IMG/VR virus record: IMGVR_UViG_3300021197_000579
Span: 1-24,110 of that record
Source of the DNA: a virus
Taxonomy: Duplodnaviria > Caudoviricetes
DNA length: 24,110 bases
Direction: 5' to 3' (one strand)
A program made the position numbers and the translations under genes. A model generated the notes under the pieces. That model worked only from the letters and a program-made list of their open reading frames with translations. It was not told the DNA's origin and searched no databases. Shown here piece by piece: positions 1 through 8,226 of this stretch; position 1 is the stretch's first letter; each line of letters begins with the position of its first letter.

Positions 1-151
1 TTTTATTCATGTGGTATCTGTTATTTTTACAAATAATGCAGTTACTATTTTTAACATATCTTTCATCTATATGACCATTAATGCAAGGCTTTCCAGTAAA
101 GTACATGCCTTGTTTTTTTGCGATTGCTTCTTTTCTGGTGATTATTTTCAT
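1..151 (-). CDS. Partial (runs off window) protein with phage Zn-binding N-terminal module, often found on HNH endonucleases
   Basis: Manual translation from ATG at 151: MKIITRKEAIAKKQGMYFTGKPCINGHIDERYVKNSNCIICK...; the YFTGKPCxxGH..R....CxxC motif is typical of phage HNH-associated domains. Not in the ORF track because it is truncated. Confidence 0.65.
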   Translation of the reverse strand, partial: MKIITRKEAIAKKQGMYFTGKPCINGHIDERYVKNSNCIICKNNRYHMNK

Positions 152-152
152 T

Positions 153-491
153 TTATTCGAAAACCTTTACATGTAATCCATTGCCATCAATGATGTCGTC
201 AATCAGTATATTAATAAGCATGGCTATGTTTTGATTCCTAAAAGATGATTCTTTATCATATATAATATAAGATGACTTTCCGTCTGTGTCGTCTGTAATA
301 ACAACTGATATAATCATTCTATCTTCGTCAAGGTCTGACAGAGATACAAATAACTGTCTGTAATCGGAATGTATTGTTGAGCCAGTTATCCATAAACAGT
401 CTTCGTATTGAGAAGATTCACCGCCAAATATTATTGCTCTATTGCATAACATTTTTTGTAATGCTTCGTTTGATAGCATTTGGTTATACAT
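153..491 (-). CDS. Hypothetical protein (112 aa)
   Basis: ORF in the tightly packed minus-strand operon; start overlaps the upstream stop (TAATG). Confidence 0.7.
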   Translation of the reverse strand: MYNQMLSNEALQKMLCNRAIIFGGESSQYEDCLWITGSTIHSDYRQLFVSLSDLDEDRMIISVVITDDTDGKSSYIIYDKESSFRNQNIAMLINILIDDIIDGNGLHVKVFE

Positions 492-709
492 TACTTCATC
501 TTTCTAGATAAATCTTTTGTTTCAAAGTGACTATCAAAGTTTGTAAAACCAGACCATTCATTATTATGGTAACAAGGACAGCATATGAATATATCACTAG
601 CAGTAATGACAAAACAGCCATCCCTGTTATTAATCATGTCTCCACAAACTCTACATTTATCAAATCTGACCAGATGCTTTGAGTTTGTTTTTGTTTGTTT
701 TGAAAGCAT
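491..709 (-). CDS. Small Zn-finger-like protein (CxxC...CxxC); start uncertain
   Basis: CRVC and ICCPC motifs; fills the gap between neighbouring genes. Confidence 0.55.
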   Translation of the reverse strand: MLSKQTKTNSKHLVRFDKCRVCGDMINNRDGCFVITASDIFICCPCYHNNEWSGFTNFDSHFETKDLSRKMK

Positions 710-1241
710 TTGTTACTCTGCCTTTTGCTACTTTGCCAAGCGTACCAATCGCCATTGAATGCTTACGCCACATAGCATCTATATCTTCGATTGATTCGCA
801 TTTATCAAAGTCTAATATAATATCAGAACCATCCTGATCATCCAAATCCATAGGCAAATCTTCTCCAGCATAAACATTAAGACCAAGGCCATGAAATGCG
901 ATAGCTTTTACAAGACAGCGTTGCAATGCTTTGTTAACAGCCCCACCATCAGGAAACTGTATAGCTTGATTTCTGTTATCCATAACGTAGTGTATTTCTT
1001 GGTGTGATATACCCTCGATGGTAACAGTCACGGCAACAAATGTATTACCTTTGGTATCACGCATAAATGGTAATGGATTGTCTTGATTGTCACGAAAGAT
1101 ATGTTTCTCAAAGGTAGAATCAGGATATTTCTCTTTTACAAAAGCCCATGCCCAAGCCCAAGATAAGTAATCAAACTTACCTTTCTGCTCTACCTCTTTT
1201 GATACATCAAAACGTGATAGTGTTTCCCATGCATTACTCAT
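660..1241 (-). CDS. Single-strand annealing protein, DUF1071/Sak (Rad52-like) family
   Basis: Motifs YLSWAWAW and NKALQRCLVKAIAFHGLGLNVYAGEDLP; in the same operon as a YqaJ-type exonuclease. Confidence 0.85.
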   Translation of the reverse strand: MSNAWETLSRFDVSKEVEQKGKFDYLSWAWAWAFVKEKYPDSTFEKHIFRDNQDNPLPFMRDTKGNTFVAVTVTIEGISHQEIHYVMDNRNQAIQFPDGGAVNKALQRCLVKAIAFHGLGLNVYAGEDLPMDLDDQDGSDIILDFDKCESIEDIDAMWRKHSMAIGTLGKVAKGRVTNAFKTNKNKLKASGQI

Positions 1242-1461
1242 CTTTCATATACTCCTTGAATTTATTTTTTAATTCCCACCCAATCCTGTCTAGATTTATT
1301 ATGTCATCTATAGAAGGGTGGTATAAATTGCTATAACACGATGTTATGGCTTGTATAGATTCAACTGTTCTCTCTAAACATTCTTTTTGAGATTGATTTA
1401 ATCCTATCCATACACCCTCGGTTTTTTGTTTAGTTATTTTTTTAGGTCTTCCTCTAGGCAT
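1234..1461 (-). CDS. Hypothetical protein with N-terminal AT-hook-like PRGRPKK
   Basis: Start reassigned to ATG at 1461, preceded by AAAGGAGAAGAAT. Confidence 0.65.
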   Translation of the reverse strand: MPRGRPKKITKQKTEGVWIGLNQSQKECLERTVESIQAITSCYSNLYHPSIDDIINLDRIGWELKNKFKEYMKDE

Positions 1462-1873
1462 ATTCTTCTCCTTTGAAAAATGCACTTCTGTAGTCTTCAT
1501 CAATAATATTGGCTTTGTTCATCTGAAATCTTAGGTCATTGACATTTCCTATAAATTTTATGTGAGTTGAAAATTCTTTATTTGAAATACTAGCTGGTAT
1601 ATTGTCTCCTTTATTATTTATTCCAACCAAAACACCTATTCCTGCAAGAGGCGTTGGATAGTTTTTGTGTATCCAAAAATGTTGATTTTCTGCATATATC
1701 CCTTCATCATCTATATATACTCCATCTCCATTTTCATAAAGTTGAACAAAAGTAAAAATACTACATTTTATTAGTTTGTTTACCCAAGAATAACCATCTT
1801 CAGTTGTTACATGCCTAACAGTTGATACTGACTTCATGTTTGGATTTATTATTGTTGATAAACTATCAATCAT
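1454..1873 (-). CDS. DUF3846-like protein
   Basis: Pattern IINP...DGVYIDDEG...PLAGIGVLVG resembles DUF3846 proteins of phages and ICEs. Confidence 0.6.
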   Translation of the reverse strand: MIDSLSTIINPNMKSVSTVRHVTTEDGYSWVNKLIKCSIFTFVQLYENGDGVYIDDEGIYAENQHFWIHKNYPTPLAGIGVLVGINNKGDNIPASISNKEFSTHIKFIGNVNDLRFQMNKANIIDEDYRSAFFKGEEYA

Positions 1874-2732
1874 CTTTGCCCTCCTTTGGTGCTATGTGTG
1901 AGCATGTTAGTGTGCCAGAACGTGAACGTGTTACACGAATCTTGTGTCCTTTAAGATTGCCGTCTAAGTCGTAATCCATTCTGCGACAATTTTTAGGTAT
2001 TTTGCTTTTGAATGCATCTTTACACTGCTCACTAAGAGTAACAGATTGCTTTGCTTCTATTATGTGTTGGGCTTGAAAACCAAACAGGTGGTCATCATCT
2101 TTTGTCCACCCATCTATGTCACGCATATTCATTACAAACATATCTGAATGACTCACAGGAGGCATTGCAAATCCAGCTTCTTCAGATACTCCGTTCTTGT
2201 AGAAGTTCCAAAAGCCAGAGCATTGTTCCATGTACATATTACACCAGCTTTCATCTTTTTTAAGCATACGCCATTCTATCCTGCAGCGGACACCAAACAA
2301 AGCAACGAAGTAGCATCTATCTGAGCCAGAGACTAGCATGTGGTGTTGGCATTGGGCTGAGTAGTAATCAGCAAGCTCATCAATATCTTTGAAACCAAAA
2401 TGTGCTTTGATTTCTAGAGGAGCATTGTCACCAACAACACGACCATCAAACGTAGAGTGCATAGGTATGTCATTGATAAGAGTTGTTTTACCACCACCAC
2501 GAAAGTTAACTTGTCGTTTGTTTGATTCAGCCCATTGGTCAATGATAAATGGCTCAAGATGATTACCTGCATCAAGTAATAGCTGTGTTTGTTTGTTGGG
2601 TTTCCATACTTCATCACCAGACTTTCGTTTAGAAAGTGTATTCCATTGGGCAATATCTCCTGAGGCGATAGCCTTAGCATCTGATGAGCCGATATAGGTG
2701 GCTCTTTCCTTGATTTGTGCTTGTGTTAGCAT
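1866..2732 (-). CDS. YqaJ-like viral recombinase / lambda-exonuclease family
   Basis: ERATYIGSSDA, GNHLEP, STFDG...LEIK and YSAQCQHHM motifs (PD-(D/E)xK). Confidence 0.88.
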   Translation of the reverse strand: MLTQAQIKERATYIGSSDAKAIASGDIAQWNTLSKRKSGDEVWKPNKQTQLLLDAGNHLEPFIIDQWAESNKRQVNFRGGGKTTLINDIPMHSTFDGRVVGDNAPLEIKAHFGFKDIDELADYYSAQCQHHMLVSGSDRCYFVALFGVRCRIEWRMLKKDESWCNMYMEQCSGFWNFYKNGVSEEAGFAMPPVSHSDMFVMNMRDIDGWTKDDDHLFGFQAQHIIEAKQSVTLSEQCKDAFKSKIPKNCRRMDYDLDGNLKGHKIRVTRSRSGTLTCSHIAPKEGKDD

Positions 2733-2833
2733 GGTGATTGCTCCTCTTGTTCATCAGTTTTACGATTGTAACATTCGCATTCACCATTTTTTACTTCTGC
2801 ATATCCGCAGTTTTCTGTACATTCTTCGTTCAT
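2726..2833 (-). CDS. Cys-rich microprotein (35 aa)
   Basis: Manual translation MNEECTENCGYAEVKNGECECYNRKTDEQEEQSPC; exactly fills the gap; AAGGA upstream. Confidence 0.5.
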   Translation of the reverse strand: MNEECTENCGYAEVKNGECECYNRKTDEQEEQSPC

Positions 2834-2834
2834 T

Positions 2835-3053
2835 TTAATTTTCCTTGTAATCGGCAAGCTTGTATAAGTCAGGCCCGCATTGTTCGGATTGATTATCTAT
2901 GTAAGCTGATTCAACAGCATCACGAAACTTGTATATATTGAAGTCGGTATTTCTGCTTATCTCCTTTACTTTTACAATGAATAATTCTTTGTTTGAAACT
3001 AGTGGCGATATTTCTTTAGCAAGCCACTCAAAGTGTTTTTTAGTCAATGCCAT
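2835..3053 (-). CDS. Hypothetical protein (MALTKKHF...)
   Basis: Strong RBS AGGAGGAG before ATG at 3053; first gene of a leftward operon divergent from the HTH gene. Confidence 0.75.
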   Translation of the reverse strand: MALTKKHFEWLAKEISPLVSNKELFIVKVKEISRNTDFNIYKFRDAVESAYIDNQSEQCGPDLYKLADYKEN

Positions 3054-3113
3054 TGTCTCCTCCTTGCATTGCAATTCACATTACCATATAGTTGGCTTAT
3101 GTGAAGGGTTTAA

Positions 3114-3347
3114 ATGATGAATGAAAAGCATTTTACTTCAGAATTAATTAAGCAATTTCAAAGACGTAGATACAAACTAGGTCTTACACAACCTGCTGTA
3201 GACCAGTTGATTGGTGTAGCCCCAGGACTTGTAGCTAAGTGGGAAAGTGGGAATAGAAAGCCAACATTGTTTAATGCGTATTGTTGGGCTGAGGCTTTAG
3301 ATTGCAAAATTAAACTGGAGATGGAAAATGATAATATGCGGAATTGA
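3114..3347 (+). CDS. XRE/Cro-family helix-turn-helix regulator
   Basis: RRYKLGLTQPAVDQLIGVAPGLVAKWESGNRKPT is a canonical HTH_3 pattern. Confidence 0.88.
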   Translation: MMNEKHFTSELIKQFQRRRYKLGLTQPAVDQLIGVAPGLVAKWESGNRKPTLFNAYCWAEALDCKIKLEMENDNMRN

Positions 3348-3810
3348 CCCTGGAATTACAGGGGGCATGACTTTCATACAAGATAACGAAACACACGTTG
3401 TTTGTGAGAGAGTTCCTACCGTTACATATAAAATAAATGGTAAGAACAAAAAGTTTTTAGATTTAATAAAAATAGTTAACAGATTAGATTTATATAAACC
3501 TTACAAAGTATTTATAGAAAAACAACAGTCTATGCCTAAACAAGGTGTTGCTAGTACATTTAAAACTGGTTTTAACTACGGAATTTACATTGGTTCGTTT
3601 GTTGCTTTGGGATTAGATTATAAAGAAGTAATACCAAGGCAATGGAAAAAAGACTTGGGGCTTAAAACATCTAGCAAAGATGAGGCAAGGGAAAAAGCTA
3701 GTGAGCTAATACCCTATGCCTCAGATAGTTGGAAACTTAAATGCGAAGATGGCGTAGCTGAATCAGCCCTTATAGCCTACTGGGGATTGTATCACTCCCA
3801 AACTCCGTAA
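3328..3810 (+). CDS. RuvC-like Holliday junction resolvase
   Basis: GIDPG, FIEKQ, F..G..YG, P..WKK and DGVAESALIA catalytic pattern. Confidence 0.85.
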   Translation: MIICGIDPGITGGMTFIQDNETHVVCERVPTVTYKINGKNKKFLDLIKIVNRLDLYKPYKVFIEKQQSMPKQGVASTFKTGFNYGIYIGSFVALGLDYKEVIPRQWKKDLGLKTSSKDEAREKASELIPYASDSWKLKCEDGVAESALIAYWGLYHSQTP

Positions 3811-5381
3811 GGGTCGAAGGTAGGGCTTTCGGTTAAGTGATTACAGAGCTTAGAAACTCTGTCTTTTTTAGACATATTAGGATAATCAATAGTAAATAGT
3901 TTTGTTTCTAATTGTCCGATTTGTTCTTTGGAGTATTTGTTGAGCCATTTTTCGTCTGGTCTAAACCATAAGGTTGGATTTGAATCGTCACCGATTGCTT
4001 TCTTGAGCGTCTCATCTTGAAGGTCATGTCTTGATATGCCTGTAAGACAACACGCAACAAATAAAGTATTGAGTTCTTCAGTGCTGAGAGCAAGGCAGTA
4101 ATGTAAAGGAGCTGTGCCATCATTGTTGTAAGCTTCAATAGCATTGTCACGATGCTTTGTAATAATTTGCTCGTAATTAGTAGTAAGGTTGTCATTGGGT
4201 TCACTCCCTGATGGAAAGTTTTTTTGGTTGTCTGCGTATATATGACCTACTCTGTTGATGTTTTCGTATGCACCATATCCTAGTTTTCTATGGCATAAAA
4301 GAGCCATCATAAGAGGGACGTTTTTAACATCCATCATACTACACTTAACTTCTTCTGCATAATAACCATTGAGTATATCACGTTGAGGCTTACTCATAAC
4401 TAATGGCGTAAGCTCTTCTGCTTCTTCCATAGATTCTTTGATTTGTTCGTTGTTATCAAATTCTTCTCTAACAACGTAGTCTTCAGCATTTAACATATAT
4501 CTGTATGTGCTGTAGGTAATAACCTTAATCATTTGGCTTTTATCATAATCAGAATCATTCCAAACTTTTTGAAGGTTTTTTGTTTCTGGATTATCAAATG
4601 CATATTCGTCTACCAAAAGTATTACATGATGATAGCCTTCTGTATAAAAGTCTTCTTTCATTTTGTTTAGATGAGCCATTTGCATACGCTCAAAGGCTTC
4701 AAAGTTTGTTATATATTCATTTTCTCCAAACAAATCTTTTTCAATAGCAAGTTCATCTATGTTTGATTTATCTACTTTGAATAAAGCAGAATCTAAATCA
4801 ATCTTTGATGATGTCATAAAGCGTTTTGCTGTATCTGCTGTGTAGTTTTCGTAATCATCTAGGTATTTGTCTTGTCTTTCTGTAGTACCTAGAGTCAAAG
4901 CTTTTGCTACACCAAGATTAAATTCATAGTTACGAAACTTTTCTTTAGCAAGTACAGATAGCTCTGATAAAGATATGCGTTGCTTTACCCAGTTTTCTGT
5001 TTGACCAAACCTTAATCCAACAGATGAGTAATCTTCTCCACCATCAGCTACTAAAGCTTGTATGACATCGCATTCATCAAGTGGGTGCATATCTTCACGC
5101 ATCATATTAGCATGCAAACCGACTTCCTTGTCATTTGAATCTAAGACGATGCAATTAACGGGGGTTGCTTTGTCTTTGTAAATTTTGTTCAAAGCATCAA
5201 GTCTTCTGTTGCCGTCAATAACGTTGAACCCTCTGCCGTTTTTAACAACGACCAAGTTGTGCAATAAGCCTTTAGATTTGATTGAGGCAGCAAGGCTGTC
5301 CAAAGATGAGTCTGAGGCTTTTACCTTACGCACATTGTCTGGCGAGTGCTTTAACTCTTTGAGTGGTATTTGATTTTGCAT
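3792..5381 (-). CDS. Long ParB/Srx-family protein resembling plasmid/ICE leading-region ParB-like proteins
   Basis: N-terminal ParB domain (SPDNVRK, LAASIKSKGLLHNLVV, IDGNRRLDAL, NMMREDMHP), an HTH segment and a C-terminal WFRP...LNKYSKEQI motif. Confidence 0.85.
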   Translation of the reverse strand: MQNQIPLKELKHSPDNVRKVKASDSSLDSLAASIKSKGLLHNLVVVKNGRGFNVIDGNRRLDALNKIYKDKATPVNCIVLDSNDKEVGLHANMMREDMHPLDECDVIQALVADGGEDYSSVGLRFGQTENWVKQRISLSELSVLAKEKFRNYEFNLGVAKALTLGTTERQDKYLDDYENYTADTAKRFMTSSKIDLDSALFKVDKSNIDELAIEKDLFGENEYITNFEAFERMQMAHLNKMKEDFYTEGYHHVILLVDEYAFDNPETKNLQKVWNDSDYDKSQMIKVITYSTYRYMLNAEDYVVREEFDNNEQIKESMEEAEELTPLVMSKPQRDILNGYYAEEVKCSMMDVKNVPLMMALLCHRKLGYGAYENINRVGHIYADNQKNFPSGSEPNDNLTTNYEQIITKHRDNAIEAYNNDGTAPLHYCLALSTEELNTLFVACCLTGISRHDLQDETLKKAIGDDSNPTLWFRPDEKWLNKYSKEQIGQLETKLFTIDYPNMSKKDRVSKLCNHLTESPTFDPYGVWE

Positions 5382-5596
5382 TAGTCTTCCTTATCCTCCA
5401 TTAAAATATATTTGTCACCGAAATCTAAACCATTGAAGAAATCGTATTTTGATTGATCAACATGAAAGTATATTTCATGAATTGCCATCATTTTTTTCTT
5501 AGAACGATACAATCTAAGAACAATGCATCCATCGTCTTCCATATCTAATTCTACTTTAGCTGGTTTCATAGATACACTTGACCTGTAATAAGACAT
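5381..5596 (-). CDS. Hypothetical protein (71 aa)
   Basis: GGAGG RBS; translationally coupled to neighbours. Confidence 0.7.
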   Translation of the reverse strand: MSYYRSSVSMKPAKVELDMEDDGCIVLRLYRSKKKMMAIHEIYFHVDQSKYDFFNGLDFGDKYILMEDKED

Positions 5597-5815
5597 TTAG
5601 TCCTCCATAATTTTGTCTGTGATGTATTTTGAGGCGAAAGCAACGCCAATCCATAATGGTGCGCCAATTACTGACACAAGTAATGTTGGGTTGATGCCCA
5701 CACCTATCAGCATTAGAAGTATTGTTGCTGATAGAAAAAGATGAACAGTTACAAACCAACCAATCCATCTTGTCTTGTTGTTTATAAAGCTTAGTTTGCG
5801 AATATAGTTTATCAT
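5597..5815 (-). CDS. Small membrane protein (2 predicted TM helices)
   Basis: Two hydrophobic stretches; coupled start and stop. Confidence 0.7.
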   Translation of the reverse strand: MINYIRKLSFINNKTRWIGWFVTVHLFLSATILLMLIGVGINPTLLVSVIGAPLWIGVAFASKYITDKIMED

Positions 5816-5973
5816 TATCCGTACTCTTTGATTTGATAGTCTATTGATGTTAGATAAGTAGATGGGTCTCTTGATATATAGTTTTCTGCTATTTCAGAGG
5901 CTTCATCTGGGTCTGAAGCACCCACAGTTACTAAATATGTGTGATAAAATTCTATAGTATATGACTTTTCCAT
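5815..5973 (-). CDS. Hypothetical protein (52 aa)
   Basis: Manual translation MEKSYTIEFYHTYLVTVGASDPDEASEIAENYISRDPSTYLTSIDYQIKEYG; RBS GGAGGAG; TAATG coupling at both ends. Confidence 0.7.
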   Translation of the reverse strand: MEKSYTIEFYHTYLVTVGASDPDEASEIAENYISRDPSTYLTSIDYQIKEYG

Positions 5974-6044
5974 TAGCTCCTCCATATAATTAAAAGCATT
6001 AAAAGCATAAAATAAAGCATTGATATAATGTATATTTCCATCAT
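5973..6044 (-). CDS. 23-aa single-TM microprotein
   Basis: MMEIYIISMLYFMLLMLLIIWRS; GGAGG 5 nt upstream; ATGA overlap upstream and TAATG overlap downstream. Confidence 0.6.
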   Translation of the reverse strand: MMEIYIISMLYFMLLMLLIIWRS

Positions 6045-6253
6045 TTATACCTCCCTATATTTTTGTCTAAGTATCTACCTTTGTTAATATTATTCTGTCT
6101 TATTTGTTTTTTTCTAATCATTAATTGACTAGGAGGCATTTTTCTTTTGTTTGGCTTTTTAATTCTTATTCCGTTGTCATTTATAGTGCCGTCAAAATAT
6201 ATAAGATTGTTCCAGAGGCGTTCTAATTCTTTTTTAAATTCTGTTAGTGTCAT
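6041..6253 (-). CDS. Hypothetical basic protein
   Basis: Start reassigned to ATG 6253 with GGAG upstream. Confidence 0.65.
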   Translation of the reverse strand: MTLTEFKKELERLWNNLIYFDGTINDNGIRIKKPNKRKMPPSQLMIRKKQIRQNNINKGRYLDKNIGRYK

Positions 6254-6277
6254 TTGTGAAATCTCCACAAGAATGTG

Positions 6278-6306
6278 AAAAGGAGGAAGAAAAGCCCCCT
6301 CCCTTT
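6278..6306 (-). terminator. Terminator-like hairpin after ssb
   Basis: Minus strand AAAGGGAGGGGG-CTTTT-CTTCCTCCTTTT, stem with G.U pairs, 10 nt after the ssb stop. Confidence 0.55.
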
Positions 6307-6315
6307 CTTAGATTA

Positions 6316-6732
6316 CTAGAACGGTATATCGTCCATTGTATCATTTGCAGAAGATGAGGGTTTAGGTGAATCACCGCCCTCTGATTTTCCTGCAAGTCTA
6401 AATGTAGAACCGGAACCAGCTAGTTTGATTTTGAATGAACGATGTTTTTGTCCATCCTTCTCATACTCTTCAATGATTGGAAAACCTTGAGCAAAAACGG
6501 TAGTACCCTTCTTGGCATAAGGTTCAATCACATTGGATACAAGACCCTTACCATTAGAACCATCCCAAGCTTCGAGGCGATACCAGTGGGTCTTCTCCAC
6601 TTTCTCTCCTGCTTTGTTGGTGTAGTTCTCATTGACTGCGACTGAGAGGTTAGCGACCTTAGTGCCATTAACATCCCGAATCTCAGGGTCAGAACCAATG
6701 TTACCAGATACTGTGATTTGTGCGAAGTTCAT
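6316..6732 (-). CDS. ssb: Single-stranded DNA-binding protein
   Basis: OB-fold motifs GNIGSDPEIR, VANLSVAVNE, THWYRLEAW, KG..VF..G and acidic C-terminus DDIPF; start reassigned to ATG 6732 after AAAGGAG. Confidence 0.95.
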   Translation of the reverse strand: MNFAQITVSGNIGSDPEIRDVNGTKVANLSVAVNENYTNKAGEKVEKTHWYRLEAWDGSNGKGLVSNVIEPYAKKGTTVFAQGFPIIEEYEKDGQKHRSFKIKLAGSGSTFRLAGKSEGGDSPKPSSSANDTMDDIPF

Positions 6733-6783
6733 GTCTTTTCTCCTTTTCGTTGACATGTTAAAGGTTGAGGCATCAGGTCTAGC

Positions 6784-6887
6784 CTCAGGTCGTAGCCTCG
6801 CCACTAGCTGTAAGTCAAAAGATAATAATTAAAACGTGTAATGCCATTCTAATTATCCATACAGCCTAAGTATCTACGTCCATTGAG
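6784..6887. promoter_or_regulatory. Long imperfect inverted repeat in the ssb upstream region
   Basis: Nested pairs CTCA/TGAG, CGTAG/CTACG, GCTGTA/TACAGC and GATAAT/ATTATC; a minus-strand TTGACT lies at 6818-6813. Confidence 0.5.
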
Positions 6888-6918
6888 CAAGTCATAGGAA
6901 TCCTTGCCCAAATTAAAA

Positions 6919-7197
6919 TTAGTTTACATCTTCCCATGTATAACCAAACTTTTTCCATTTTGGCTTTTTGTAACCTATAATCTTTTTAGAGGCGTAAAGA
7001 AAAGCGGACACGATGCATCCACCTATTACTGCCGCCATCATGCCTGCAAAAGTACCAGCAAACATAATAATAAGTAGGCAAGTAGAAATTATGTCGATAG
7101 GTATGTCAAGCCAAAGAACTTTTTTGAAGTCAAACTTGGCTAAAAGAAATATTATTGCGAACGCTGAAAACGTCCCTGCAACCATGTAGAAAACCAT
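6919..7197 (-). CDS. Membrane protein (about 3 TM)
   Basis: Hydrophobic ORF with AGGAGG RBS. Confidence 0.75.
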   Translation of the reverse strand: MVFYMVAGTFSAFAIIFLLAKFDFKKVLWLDIPIDIISTCLLIIMFAGTFAGMMAAVIGGCIVSAFLYASKKIIGYKKPKWKKFGYTWEDVN

Positions 7198-7403
7198 TTT
7201 GCCCTCCTAATAGATGATGCTGATAACTGAATTAAATCTACTGTCCAAATGTGAGCCATACCAAATAGAACTATTGCTAGAAGTTTTACAAATATTGCTA
7301 TTGCGGCAGGGATTCCTGATTTAAGCGCAACGTACATATAGAAGAGTATTAACAATGTAGCGCATGTATATTTAAACATTTTAGATGATGTAATCTTTTT
7401 CAT
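7152..7403 (-). CDS. Membrane protein (about 2 TM)
   Basis: Hydrophobic ORF; start reassigned to ATG 7403 after GGAG. Confidence 0.6.
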   Translation of the reverse strand: MKKITSSKMFKYTCATLLILFYMYVALKSGIPAAIAIFVKLLAIVLFGMAHIWTVDLIQLSASSIRRAKWFSTWLQGRFQRSQ

Positions 7404-7461
7404 TGGCTTACTCCGCATTTTGAGGCGTTATAAATTGTACAAGCTAGGCACACTGCTGAAG

Positions 7462-7544
7462 CTCCCCGTATTTGGTTGGTAAGGGTGGAGGGAAGGGTTC
7501 GGCTTCCCCCTGAAAGATTTCTCTCTCGATGAGAGAATCTTTCA
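7462..7544. promoter_or_regulatory. Hairpin cluster including a 14-bp stem with TCGAT loop
   Basis: TGAAAGATT(T)CTCTC-TCGAT-GAGAGAATCTTTCA (7511-7544); GGGAAG/CTTCCC; CTCC/GGAG. Confidence 0.55.
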
Positions 7545-7564
7545 AGATGATGTTAGTTGCACAT

Positions 7565-7606
7565 AAAAAAGTGATTCCAAGCCGAGCTTGCCGAGCCTGG
7601 AATCAC
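7565..7606 (-). terminator. Rho-independent terminator
   Basis: Minus strand GTGATTCCAGGC...GCTTGGAATCAC-TTTTTT, a 12-bp stem plus U-tract just after the stop at 7615. Confidence 0.85.
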
Positions 7607-7614
7607 GTTGTTAG

Positions 7615-8226
7615 TTACTCTGCGTATGAAGAATCAGCAGGCATCTCTACAAGACCTGACTCTCTGGCAAAGTCCCAGAAGTCATTCTTGTGTGCCTCGT
7701 ATGTCTCAACTGTAATCTGACCCTTCTTGGCTTGCATACGCTTGACCTTGGGTAAATCTTTGAGCGTAGTGTACTGCCCAAAGTTTACACCGCACTGTGA
7801 TATAACAGTAGGTCGTGTTGTGTATCTGCAAGTCTTGAATGCTTGATTGAGTATCCAATACTGCTGACGCAATCTATCGATATCTCTGTCAATGTCATCA
7901 ATCTTGTTCTGGGTAATCTCAATACCAACATCTGCTAGTACAGCATCTCTGCGTTCCCACTTCTTACGAGTGCCTGCAGCCGCTACTGTATCCATCATCT
8001 TCTCAAACATGCGTGTTACTTGGTCTGCAAGCTTGGCCTGTATGATAACGTCATTACCATCGTCAAAGTGATTGACAAGCTCCATCAAGATAGCATGAAG
8101 ACGTTTGTTCCAAACTGACTGATAGTCATCCTTGGGTAGCTTGTCCTTGCGAAGCTGTTTTGATATAGCTTTCATCACTTCTTCTGTTAGTTCCTGTGCT
8201 TCGTATTTAGTCTGTGTATTCTGCAT
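7615..8226 (-). CDS. Hypothetical helical/coiled-coil early protein (203 aa)
   Basis: Start reassigned to ATG 8226 (MQNTQ) with GGAGG RBS; followed by a terminator. Confidence 0.85.
   Translation of the reverse strand: MQNTQTKYEAQELTEEVMKAISKQLRKDKLPKDDYQSVWNKRLHAILMELVNHFDDGNDVIIQAKLADQVTRMFEKMMDTVAAAGTRKKWERRDAVLADVGIEITQNKIDDIDRDIDRLRQQYWILNQAFKTCRYTTRPTVISQCGVNFGQYTTLKDLPKVKRMQAKKGQITVETYEAHKNDFWDFARESGLVEMPADSSYAE

Noticed and set aside
5991-6020. Triple AAAGCAT repeat as iteron or operator
   Set aside because: Explained by repeated Met-Leu codons of the 23-aa ORF on the minus strand.
6733-6804. N-terminal extensions given in the ORF track (ssb, 7615-8334, 8391-8636, 8895-9131, terS)
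   Set aside because: Downstream ATGs have clear Shine-Dalgarno sequences, and the extensions overlap regulatory elements or other genes.
7474-7502. G-rich run as a G-quadruplex
   Set aside because: Only three G3 tracts, and the Gs are accounted for by competing hairpins.
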